Below, one piece after another: positions 49,424 through 58,100 of a stretch of 64,000 nt of DNA. The translations under genes and the position numbers were made by a program. Every line of letters starts with the position of its first letter. Position 1 is the stretch's first letter. Origin of the DNA: Ignavibacteriota bacterium (GTDB lineage Bacteria; Bacteroidota; Ignavibacteria; UBA10030; UBA6906); NCBI GenBank assembly GCA_963801355.1, contig CAWDEM010000008.1, forward strand, positions 2,560,001 through 2,624,000. Direction: 5' to 3'. The notes below the pieces were generated by a model that saw nothing but the letters and a program-made list of their open reading frames with translations, did not search any database and was not told the origin of the DNA.

Positions 49424-49846
49424 TCAAATATCCAGATACACCCGCGCGCCCCATCCCTCATCATCCTGCCACACGGCGAGCTGGTGATAGGTGACGGCTT
49501 TGATATCCATCCGCACATGGTGCTTCCCCGCGCGGAGCGGTTCCCCGGCGACGGTTGCCTCGAGGCGATCCGGAGTGCACAACGAAATCCGGAATTCTTT
49601 CGAAACAAATCCCTGGCCGTCATAAAGATAGAGAATCTCCGAGAGCCAGCGGACGAGCATCTGTTCTGCATCTGCTGCCTGCAGTGTTATGCTTCTCCGT
49701 TCGCTGGTCTCCACGGTGGAGGGATCAAGAATGAGAGAGACGAGTGCGCCGGCCGCACGAGTGAACGCTTCCGCACATGTTGATCCCCGGGCTTCGATGC
49801 CGATATCCGAAGGATGATCCAAGAAGCGCACGCCGGCCGGAGTCAT
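49424..49846 (-). CDS. Archease
   Basis: LDHPSDIG N-terminus, IKAVTYH, C-terminal YLDI; adjacent to rtcB. Confidence 0.95.
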   Translation of the reverse strand: MTPAGVRFLDHPSDIGIEARGSTCAEAFTRAAGALVSLILDPSTVETSERRSITLQAADAEQMLVRWLSEILYLYDGQGFVSKEFRISLCTPDRLEATVAGEPLRAGKHHVRMDIKAVTYHQLAVWQDDEGWGARVYLDI

Positions 49847-49893
49847 TGGTGTCTCATGGTTTGGAGTCCGGGTCTGAAGCCTGGGATTTTTCT

Positions 49894-50004
49894 CTGGGTT
49901 TAAAGTCTGGGTTTTTCCCCAGACTTTAAGGCCTGAGTTTAAAGCCTGAGTTTTTCCCCAGACTTTAAAGCCTGAGTTTAAAGCCTGAGTTTTTCCCCAG
50001 ACTT
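49894..50004 (-). repeat. About three 39-bp tandem repeats, each containing a hairpin
   Basis: Unit CCTGAGTTTAAAGCCTGAGTTTTTCCCCAGACTTTAAAG on +, with 13-bp sub-periodicity; no unique spacers. Confidence 0.9.
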
Positions 50005-50048
50005 CATTCCCTGATTTTTTCTCTCAGTCGTCAGTTGTTGGGAGGCAG

Positions 50049-50084
50049 AAAAAAAGGGGGGCTGACGCCAATGGCATCAGCCCC
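50049..50084 (-). terminator. Intrinsic terminator
   Basis: GGGGCUGAUGCC-AUU-GGCGUCAGCCCC then CC and U7 on the minus strand. Confidence 0.9.
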
Positions 50085-50196
50085 TGAAAATATGACGGGC
50101 TGGCAGGATCCGGGGACTTACGTCGGGGCCGGACCATCTTCAGCGTCGGGGGGAGTACGCCTGAGCACAGCCCGCCAATACCATCACAGTCGGTAC
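50049..50196 (-). ncRNA. Unassigned structured RNA (sRNA or cis-regulatory leader), ~150 nt
   Basis: Bounded by a sigma70 promoter and a terminator; three-way junction whose G-U pairs only work on the minus strand; no convincing ORF. Confidence 0.65.
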
Positions 50197-50202
50197 AACC
50201 GA

Positions 50203-50231
50203 AGGATAGAGAAATTGGGCTCATGATGCAA
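50203..50231 (-). promoter_or_regulatory. sigma70 promoter for the structured RNA / archease-rtcB run
   Basis: TTGCAT-N17-TATCCT with an AT-rich UP-like tract upstream. Confidence 0.65.
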
Positions 50232-50269
50232 GTCCGATTGAAAAATTAATTCTGCGACTGTTCCCTCTG

Positions 50270-52198
50270 TTAAACACGGTGATTCTCATTCGCCCAACCG
50301 GCAATCACCTCGCGGTTGTCACTGCAGCAGATGTCTTTCCCTTCTGGGGTGAATAGTCTCTGAATGCAATGGTCGTAGCTTTTGACGATTTTGCCTCTCA
50401 CTATTTTGAGCGTGCTGTTGAGGAATTGATTCTGCTCGGTAAATCCTTCGGCAAGGACCCCAACGGCCGATGGAAGCCACCGCTCGGGAAAAAGGCCGGC
50501 ATACCGCCCTCCGTGGCGATATCCGTCTATCTCACGCTGAAGCTGCTTCAGTGCGGCACACTGTCCGTCCACTGTTGAGGGATCATACCGGTGGGCCCTC
50601 ATCCACGATAGTACAACCTCCTTGCTGGGGACAATCAGAGCGACGGTGTACGGCGATTGATTGTTGTAGAGCATCACCTGGTCTATGTATTGTGACTGGC
50701 TGGCGATGGCCTCTTCAATTCCTTCCGGGCTGTACTTTTCTCCGTCGCTCGCAATCAACAGACTCTTGGTCCTGCCCAGCACGTACAGGAACCCGTCCCC
50801 GTCAAGATAACCCAGATCGCCCGTGTACAACCACCCGTTGCGAATAACTTCTTCTGTCGCCTTTTCGTTCCTCCAGTACCCCGCCATGACATTCCCGCCG
50901 CGGACGACAATCTCCCCCTGCCTGCCCGCGGGAAGCGCTGAGCCGTCCTCCGCACAGATCTTGATTTCCAGGGAAGCAACAACCTTTCCGGAAGAGCCCA
51001 ATTTGTGTCCGGCCATTACATTGGCCGAAATGACCGGTGCGGCTTCAGACAACCCGTATCCTTGCAGCATGGGAATCCCGATGGCATAGAAGAACCGCTG
51101 GAGTTCGATGTCGAGCAGTGCTCCTCCCCCGACAATGAATTCCAGCCGCCCCCCGAAGTTCTGGCGGATTTTGGAAAAGAGGATTGCGTCAAACAGTGCA
51201 ACGAGAGGCTTGAGGAACATCCGGAACCCCTTCCCCCGTCGCCAGCCGTCAGCGTTGAACAGATATCCCGTCTTCAGGCCTGCCTTGAACAACATCTGTG
51301 CGAGCTTTCCTTTCTTTAGAATTGCCCCCTCGATGCCTTTACGGAAATTCCTCGCGAGTGCCGGCACGCTCAGGAGAAATGTGGGGCGTGTCTCACGGAT
51401 ATTGAGGGGTATATTCTTCAGAGTTTCTATCGGTGTCTTGCCGACCTGCACGGACGCCATCGATGCGCCGTTTCGCATCAGCGTGTAGATCCCCGCAGTG
51501 TGGGCAAAACAGTGGTCCCAGGGAAGTATCAACAGCGAACAGTACCACTCGGGAACCGGCAGCAGACCCGAAGACTGTTCCACGTTGGTGATGTAATTCA
51601 GGTGCGTCAGCACCACGCCCTTGGGATCGGCGGTTGTTCCGGACGTGTAGGAGATTGTTGCGGGATCGTTTCCGAGTACGGAGGCAACGCGCTTCTCCAG
51701 TTGACCTTCGTGCGTGCTCAGGAACTCCCGTCCGGCACGGGTAACGTCGGCTGCTGAAACCTCGCCCGGTCCGTATTGATCCATCGGATCCAGCATGATC
51801 ACTGTCTCCAACGCGGGAAGCGACTGCCGCAGCTGCCTGACCTTCGCCGCCTGGGTCCCGGAAACGATAGCCATCCGGCATTCCGCGTGAGCGAGGCGAA
51901 ACTGCAGGTCAGCCCCCTCCTGAAGCTTCACCGACAGCGGTACATTGATCGCGGCGGCGTAGAACATACCCAGCTCCGCGATGACCCAATCATTTCTCCC
52001 CTCGGCGATCAGCGCTATGCGATCCCCCTTCCGGATGCCCAGACTGACCAGGCCTGCTCCAAATGCCCGGACGCTTTCCTTCGCCTGCGCGTAGGTCATC
52101 GCTTCGAAGCGATGCCCTCGTTTCTCCAGCAAGAAAGAATTATTGGCAAACCGTTCGACACTGGCCTCGAAGAGGGCGGGCAGCGTGGTTGGAGACAT
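50270..52198 (-). CDS. fadD: Long-chain fatty acid-CoA ligase (AMP-dependent synthetase)
   Basis: YTSGTTADPKGV, QGYGLSE, WLYTGDLG, GRTK. Confidence 0.9.
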   Translation of the reverse strand: MSPTTLPALFEASVERFANNSFLLEKRGHRFEAMTYAQAKESVRAFGAGLVSLGIRKGDRIALIAEGRNDWVIAELGMFYAAAINVPLSVKLQEGADLQFRLAHAECRMAIVSGTQAAKVRQLRQSLPALETVIMLDPMDQYGPGEVSAADVTRAGREFLSTHEGQLEKRVASVLGNDPATISYTSGTTADPKGVVLTHLNYITNVEQSSGLLPVPEWYCSLLILPWDHCFAHTAGIYTLMRNGASMASVQVGKTPIETLKNIPLNIRETRPTFLLSVPALARNFRKGIEGAILKKGKLAQMLFKAGLKTGYLFNADGWRRGKGFRMFLKPLVALFDAILFSKIRQNFGGRLEFIVGGGALLDIELQRFFYAIGIPMLQGYGLSEAAPVISANVMAGHKLGSSGKVVASLEIKICAEDGSALPAGRQGEIVVRGGNVMAGYWRNEKATEEVIRNGWLYTGDLGYLDGDGFLYVLGRTKSLLIASDGEKYSPEGIEEAIASQSQYIDQVMLYNNQSPYTVALIVPSKEVVLSWMRAHRYDPSTVDGQCAALKQLQREIDGYRHGGRYAGLFPERWLPSAVGVLAEGFTEQNQFLNSTLKIVRGKIVKSYDHCIQRLFTPEGKDICCSDNREVIAGWANENHRV

Positions 52199-52282
52199 TG
52201 GGATCCGTGAGAGGCAAAGTTGGGCGGCGCGTAACTGTGATTTGCTGGTGCAAGATACGGCAGGGCAATGCGGAAAGTCAAA

Positions 52283-53053
52283 TTACGGCCGGGATGCCAT
52301 CACCACCAGGTCCTTCGATCGCGTGGCATCGTAGGGATCCATCGAAATCCCGCCGAACATCCGGATTTCATCGAAGCCCGCGGTCCGGAGCGCTTCCTCA
52401 AATTCGGTCTCCAGCAGCGGATACAGATCTGCACTTACCACATCCGGCGGGATGCGGCCGGTGATATCTTCCCGCGTGATCGTGAAACGGATGAGTTTTT
52501 GCCCGTACTCATAGCGGCGTGTGAAGCGATATCCGTCCGCCTCGGTCGTACCGATGATCTGGTCCCTGGAGACAAGTATTTTGCGGTAGTTCAGGATCTG
52601 CGCGAACATGATACCTCCCTGACGTAGCACCTGCCGGAAGCCTGTCAGCACCGAAACCAGAGCCCCGGGAGAAAGGAAATGCGCGAGCGTATTACCGAGC
52701 GTGAATACGCCATCGAACCGGGAAGCCAGACGAGCGGGGAGTTCTGCCAGGTCAGAAGCCACGGTTGTCACTTCCAGCCCCATGTCTTTTGCATGACGCG
52801 CGAGAATCTCAAGCATGCGCGGGCTGAGGTCCACCGCCGTGACCTTCACCCCGAGCTGGGCCAGCAACAACGAATGGAATCCTGTTCCTGCGCCTGCGTC
52901 CACGGCTGTGCGGATGCCGTGATTCTCCACCAGCAACTTGAAGAAGGGTCGTTCTTTTACGAATCGCCCCTCGAATCCCGTCATGGAATCGTACCCGCCG
53001 GCAAGACGGTCATAGAACCGATCGATATCTTCCGATTGCGGGTGATCAGTCAT
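52283..53053 (-). CDS. Class I SAM-dependent methyltransferase (glycine/sarcosine N-methyltransferase-like)
   Basis: VDAGAGTGFH, VDLSPRML, LGNTLAH; start at 53053 overlaps the upstream stop. Confidence 0.85.
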   Translation of the reverse strand: MTDHPQSEDIDRFYDRLAGGYDSMTGFEGRFVKERPFFKLLVENHGIRTAVDAGAGTGFHSLLLAQLGVKVTAVDLSPRMLEILARHAKDMGLEVTTVASDLAELPARLASRFDGVFTLGNTLAHFLSPGALVSVLTGFRQVLRQGGIMFAQILNYRKILVSRDQIIGTTEADGYRFTRRYEYGQKLIRFTITREDITGRIPPDVVSADLYPLLETEFEEALRTAGFDEIRMFGGISMDPYDATRSKDLVVMASRP

Positions 53054-54167
53054 GCGGTCCATAGGCGGGTACCTCTCCGCGAAAATGTTGGTACAACGGC
53101 GAATGCAGCTCGTGAAACCTCCGTTGGTACTCTTCCCGTGATATACCGTTGTGCCAGAAGCCCGAGAGCATCGCCAGACCGGTAACCGCCACGAACACTC
53201 CCGCGACCAACGTGCCGTACACCCATGTGGGGATCGCTCTCGCATGCGGGCCGGCGCGAACATGAAGTGTATCCTTGACCGGACAGACCTCCACACACGC
53301 CATGCAGCTCATACATTCATCGCTCATCACGCGCGTGGTGTTGTGTACGTTGATGCCGGATGGGCACGCCCTGGTGCAGAGCTCACAGTCAACACATGTT
53401 GCTTTGTTGCGTGTGATTTTCAACGGGCTCAGAAAACTTGTGATCCCGAGCAGGGCGCCGTACGGGCAGAGATATCGACACCAGAAGTTCTTGACCACTA
53501 CAGAGAGAAGCATGAGTATAAGAATCGTGAGTAGTGCGACCCCGGAGACCTCGGTGAAGAAGAGGTACATCTTCACGTCAGCCATCTTGTTGTACGGACT
53601 GTAGATGAAACCCTTCAGCGCTTCGGCGTCCATGCCGGCGATCGACCAGACGAAGAATGCCATCAGGAAGTACTTCAGGGAACGCAACGGATAGTCCAGC
53701 CATCGCGGAACAGTCAGATTCCGGCCGAAGATCTTCTTGCCGAGCATCCAGAGGGCTTCACTCAAGGTCCCCACCGGACAGAGCCAGCTGCAAAACGCCT
53801 TCTTCAGCAGGAAGCTGACGAGTACAATTGCAAGCAAGATGAACAAGCCGGAAGGATGAATGCTGTTGACAATGCCGGTCTGGAGCCAGTAACTCAGGCT
53901 GATGAGCGCGCTGATGGGGAGAAACCCCTCGACTCCCGGGGGACGTGCTACAAAGGGGGTCTGGCCACCTGATTCGCCCCACTCCACAAAAAAGTGGAAT
54001 TCCACGCCCATCCAGATGCACAGCAGAACAAACGCGAGTTGCACGGCGGAGCGTTGATACTGCGAATCTTCCTTGAGCCGCCAGAGGGCACGCTTGAACA
54101 GGCGGGGTTCCGACCCGTACTGTATTCTCCGGCGACGCATCTCGGCCGGTATCTTCTTCACGCGCAC
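53046..54167 (-). CDS. YccM/NapH-like membrane 4Fe-4S protein
   Basis: RPPGVEGFLPI, FCSWLCPVG, WCRYLCPYG, two ferredoxin motifs; GTG at 54167 with AGGAG RBS. Confidence 0.85.
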   Translation of the reverse strand: MRVKKIPAEMRRRRIQYGSEPRLFKRALWRLKEDSQYQRSAVQLAFVLLCIWMGVEFHFFVEWGESGGQTPFVARPPGVEGFLPISALISLSYWLQTGIVNSIHPSGLFILLAIVLVSFLLKKAFCSWLCPVGTLSEALWMLGKKIFGRNLTVPRWLDYPLRSLKYFLMAFFVWSIAGMDAEALKGFIYSPYNKMADVKMYLFFTEVSGVALLTILILMLLSVVVKNFWCRYLCPYGALLGITSFLSPLKITRNKATCVDCELCTRACPSGINVHNTTRVMSDECMSCMACVEVCPVKDTLHVRAGPHARAIPTWVYGTLVAGVFVAVTGLAMLSGFWHNGISREEYQRRFHELHSPLYQHFRGEVPAYGPHD

Positions 54168-54186
54168 AGTACAATCTCTCCTTCTC

Positions 54187-54636
54187 TTATCGTCGCGCTC
54201 CGGTAGCGCTACGGTATCCCGGTTTATGCATGCCGCGGGCCATCTCTTCGATACTTTCGGTGACGAGCATCGCATAGATGCCGTTCCGCAGAACCTCCCA
54301 CTGCGCGTGTACTGCGCAGGGATGTTTGCCCGAGCATTCCGGAAAACCCATGACACACGTACGCGTGAAATCCGCCCCGTCGATTGCGTCCACTATGTGA
54401 AAGAGCGTGATCTCTGAGGCCGGCATGGCAAGAGCAAACCCGCCGTGCGGCCCCTTCACCGAAACCAGCAGTCCCTTTCGTGTGAGCTCCTGCATGATCT
54501 TTCCCAGAAAATGATAGGGAATCCCCAATTCTCTGGTCATGTCTTTGATCGACACCCGCACGCCACCCTTTTTCTGTGCCAGGTACAGCACAGCCTGAAG
54601 GGCATATTCGCATTGTCTGGAAAACAGGAGGCTCAT
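54187..54636 (-). CDS. Rrf2 family transcriptional regulator
   Basis: SRQCEYAL, SVKGPHGGFAL, ITLFHIVDAIDG, CVMGFPECSGKHPCAVH. Confidence 0.92.
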   Translation of the reverse strand: MSLLFSRQCEYALQAVLYLAQKKGGVRVSIKDMTRELGIPYHFLGKIMQELTRKGLLVSVKGPHGGFALAMPASEITLFHIVDAIDGADFTRTCVMGFPECSGKHPCAVHAQWEVLRNGIYAMLVTESIEEMARGMHKPGYRSATGARR

Positions 54637-54638
54637 TT

Positions 54639-54689
54639 TATATTCAGAGTATTTAGTCTGAATATACAGCACAGGAGACTCAAAGTCAA
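54639..54689 (-). promoter_or_regulatory. rrf2 promoter with an overlapping palindromic operator
   Basis: TTGACT-N17-TATATT; inverted repeat TATATTCAGA-N8-TCTGAATATA at 54639-54666. Confidence 0.75.
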
Positions 54690-54695
54690 CAAGAA

Positions 54696-54732
54696 TTCGC
54701 AGGACCGCCCGGTTCGCAGGACCGCCCGGTTC
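54696..54732. repeat. 17-bp direct repeat, two copies
   Basis: TTCGCAGGACCGCCCGG twice, then TTC. Confidence 0.7.
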
Positions 54733-55139
54733 CGGAGGCAAAAAGGCAAGGCCACGCATGCACTCCCCACCTTCGTGCACCGTGGCCCCGCATTGCAGGC
54801 CGTCGCGTTGCGCCGCTCGGCCGCCGCTCTTTACCCCAGGGTTTCTGTCATCGACGCCGCCGTTCCGCCGGCACGCCGAGCACCGCCCGGTTTGTGCTGT
54901 ACCATGTGACCATCACAAGGGTTCTTCTGAACAAGAGGATGCGACTGACTGTTTTCCTGTTTCACTGACTGCTTTCCTGTCTCATGGTGGGAACAATATA
55001 TACCATCACTATGTCCGGAGAGGATCATCAGGTGATCCTAATCCACGTTGGAATTCGTCGATTTTCAGAGTATCTTGCAGTATCCGTATCCCGTTCGCCA
55101 CCCCGCGGTTTTCCCTTCACACTTCTTTGGAACCGCAAT

Positions 55140-58100
55140 ATGAATACCCGGAATTCGTGCCGGCTCCTGCTTGTGGCTGCGGCCACGCTCGTGATCTCCA
55201 TCCAGGCTCTTGCACAGCCCGGACTTGTTTCCCGGCGCGCTGTTGCACCCGGCGTAGTCCACAAACAATTCCTCCTGGCGGGACCCAATACCCTGGACGT
55301 GCTCGAAGTCACGCTTGCCGACCCCTTCATTACACTGGAATCGTACCGCCCCGACGGTCTCGTGAGAACGACGGCACAGGCGTCTGCTATCGATCGTCTC
55401 GGACATCGTGTGATCGGCTCCGTCAATGCCGACTTCTTCTCCTTCGAGACAGGCTGGCCGGTCGGTAACCAGGTTGTGAACGGTGTTATAGCACTCGGCG
55501 TAAGTTCATCACGTTCACATCTTGCCATCGGTGCGGACAGACAGCCGTATATCGACCGTCTGGCATTCCGGGGCACCGTCTGGTCACGGGGTGGCACATC
55601 GTACACGATATCGCAGGTGAACAACGATCGTGCGGCATCAACCCTTGCATTCTTCACAACCTTCCGTGGCGCCACCACACGCACCGATGCCTCCGGTACT
55701 GAATGTGCCGTCGAGTTCCTTGATCCGCCGCGTGCCGGTGACACGCTCCGGGCACGCATCATCGCCCTCGGCACAGGCAACATGGTAATCCCACCTTCGG
55801 GTGGAATCCTCTCGGCAGGTTCCGGTGCGCCCGCCGAATTCATCTCCGCGAATTTGCAGATCGGTGACACGGTCCACATCTTCCTGGGATTCAACCGGCC
55901 GTTGCACTCGATTGTCCAGACACTCGGAGGGGCCGGCCGGTTTCTGGCAGGCGGACGGAACGTCACGGACAGCATGTCAACTCTCGAAGGTATCGGCACG
56001 AGTTTTACGGGTGCGCGGCATCCCCGGACCTTTGTGGGGTTCAACGCGGACACATCACTCCTCTACCTCTGCACGGTCGACGGCCGCCAGACATCAAGTA
56101 TCGGCATGACCTTTGCCGAGATGGCGAGCTTCATGGTCTCCATCGGTGCATCCGAGGCATTCAATTTCGACGGCGGCGGGTCCACCACGATGGCCGTCCG
56201 CGGTGAGATCGTCAACTCACCTTCCGATCCCGCCGGTGAGCGCAGCGTCGCCAATTCACTCCACGTGATATGCACCGCGCCTCTCGGGACACTCCATGCC
56301 CTTTCCGTGCTTCCCGGACGTTCAGAGGTCTTCCAGGGAGGTACGCTGCAGTTCACAGCCACCGGCACCGATGAGTTCTATAACCCCATCGACATCCCGG
56401 CCGATGCCGTCTGGGAGGCGGATCCTGTCATTGGGACCATCACGTCTTCAGGCCTCTTTACCGCATCGAAAACCAACGACAGCGGCTGGGTGAAATTGCG
56501 TTGGCAGGGAGTAGCCGATTCCGTCCGCGTGGTCGTTCATCTGCTCAAGTTCATAACGGTCTACCCGTCCGCTCTCGTCATGGTGCCCGGTGAACGGGTG
56601 ACCCTGCTCGTGCGGGCAGAAGACAGTGCCGGCCGGAAGGTGACTCTTGACAATCACCAGGTGACGTTCGCGTCGCCAGCGGCGGCGATCAATGCGGATG
56701 CGCTGGGTCTCGTGACCGCGCGCGATTTTGGATCGGGTGCGCTTGGGGTGTCACTGGATACCATGCGCGCAGACGTGCCATTCAACTTCAGCGGCAACGA
56801 CACTGCGATCGTGGCGGACCCCATGCGATCGCTGTTCAACTGGGACACGACTCTTGTCAACCTCTCCGCAACCGGCGTGCAGGTTGAACTCACGTCCGAC
56901 CCTGTAGTGACGGCCCCTCCGGCACTCCGCATCGCCTATGCGATTCCCGACGTGCATGGGGAACTTCATTTGAAATGCAACATCCCCCTCTCCGGCCGCA
57001 TCGACAGCCTGTTCATCCGGGCCAACGGCAGCGGGAACGGCGATACGATACGATTCGTTGTCAGAGACAAAGACGGCGACCTCTTCCTCCTCACGACCGG
57101 GGGTGCGGTGACATGGTCCAACGAATGGCGTACGCCGGGTGTCACAACATCAAAGGCTGTTCCTTTCGGTGCACCGGCGATGGACTATCCCCTGAGCATC
57201 ACGCAAATTCGCATCGGCTTCGGACGGGCGTCCCTCGCCGGGGGTATGATCACGGGCACGCTGGTGCTTGATGATCTCGGTGCGCACTATCCCCTGCGGA
57301 CCGTGGCACCTCAGGTGCTGTTTGACTTCGAAAGCGGCATCTCCGGCTGGTACACACCCCTTCAGGCAAATGCAGCCCAGGAAGTCGGCATTGATCGTAA
57401 CGCGTCGACACTCGTTGCTTCCGCCGAACAGGCGTATCAGGGGAGCTACTCGGGGAAGTGGACTTTCGTCGATGATGCCGCCAGCACGGCGGATTGGGAT
57501 GTGCGGATCACACGAAATACCACCGGCGACCTCGGGAACATGCTCCGCGGCAGTTATATCGGCGCATGGGTCTATGCCAGCGGTGAGACCTCCACGGAAC
57601 TCCAGACGGTCGTGCGCGGCGGAAACGGCCAGATCTGTGCGGGCCCGCGCTTCCCTGTCCACCACCATGGATGGAAACTGATCGGCACGAAGCTGGACGA
57701 GGGGCTCTTCTCTCCCTACCTCACATCTGGAGTGATCACCGACGCAGGCAACAAGTTCAACGGATTCCGCTTGTGCGGACCGAACAGCGTTCTGTCGGGA
57801 CAGACCCGTGTCTATTATATCGACAAACTTGTCACCAGCGCACTGACGGTCCCCACCGGATTCACGGGGTTCTCTGTGGAGTGGTCGGACCCGTTGGCAC
57901 GGTTGCACTGGACGGTGAATTCGGAAATCAGCATCGACCGGTACGCCATTGAACGCGGTGCAGGCGGAGTGTTTGTTGAGATCGGCTCGATGCAGGGAGG
58001 AGGCAACGTGGACACGACGGTGGAATATGAATACGTGGACACTCCCCCGGCGAACGCAAGCGTGGAGTACAGAATCCGACAAATTACCAACGACGGCGGC

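Noticed and set aside
49894-50004. CRISPR array
   Set aside because: The repeats are contiguous with no unique spacers, and no cas gene is in the window
49847-50048. sigma54/RtcR-type promoter for rtcB
   Set aside because: No TGGCAC-N5-TTGC motif on the minus strand and no rtcR in the window
50090-50180. Hammerhead ribozyme, TPP riboswitch, SRP RNA, tRNA or Y RNA identity for the structured RNA
   Set aside because: CUGAAGA fits the hammerhead CUGANGA box but no GAAA follows the next stem; the TPP ACCUGAU, SRP GGAAGGAAGCAG and T-loop GUUCGA motifs are absent
50024-50226. 63-66 aa ORFs on both strands over the structured RNA
   Set aside because: No RBS or recognisable motifs, and they run through the terminator hairpin
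54790-55139. Possible small gene or RNA in the rrf2-glycosidase intergenic region
   Set aside because: The ORFs look non-coding and I found no convincing stem set or terminator
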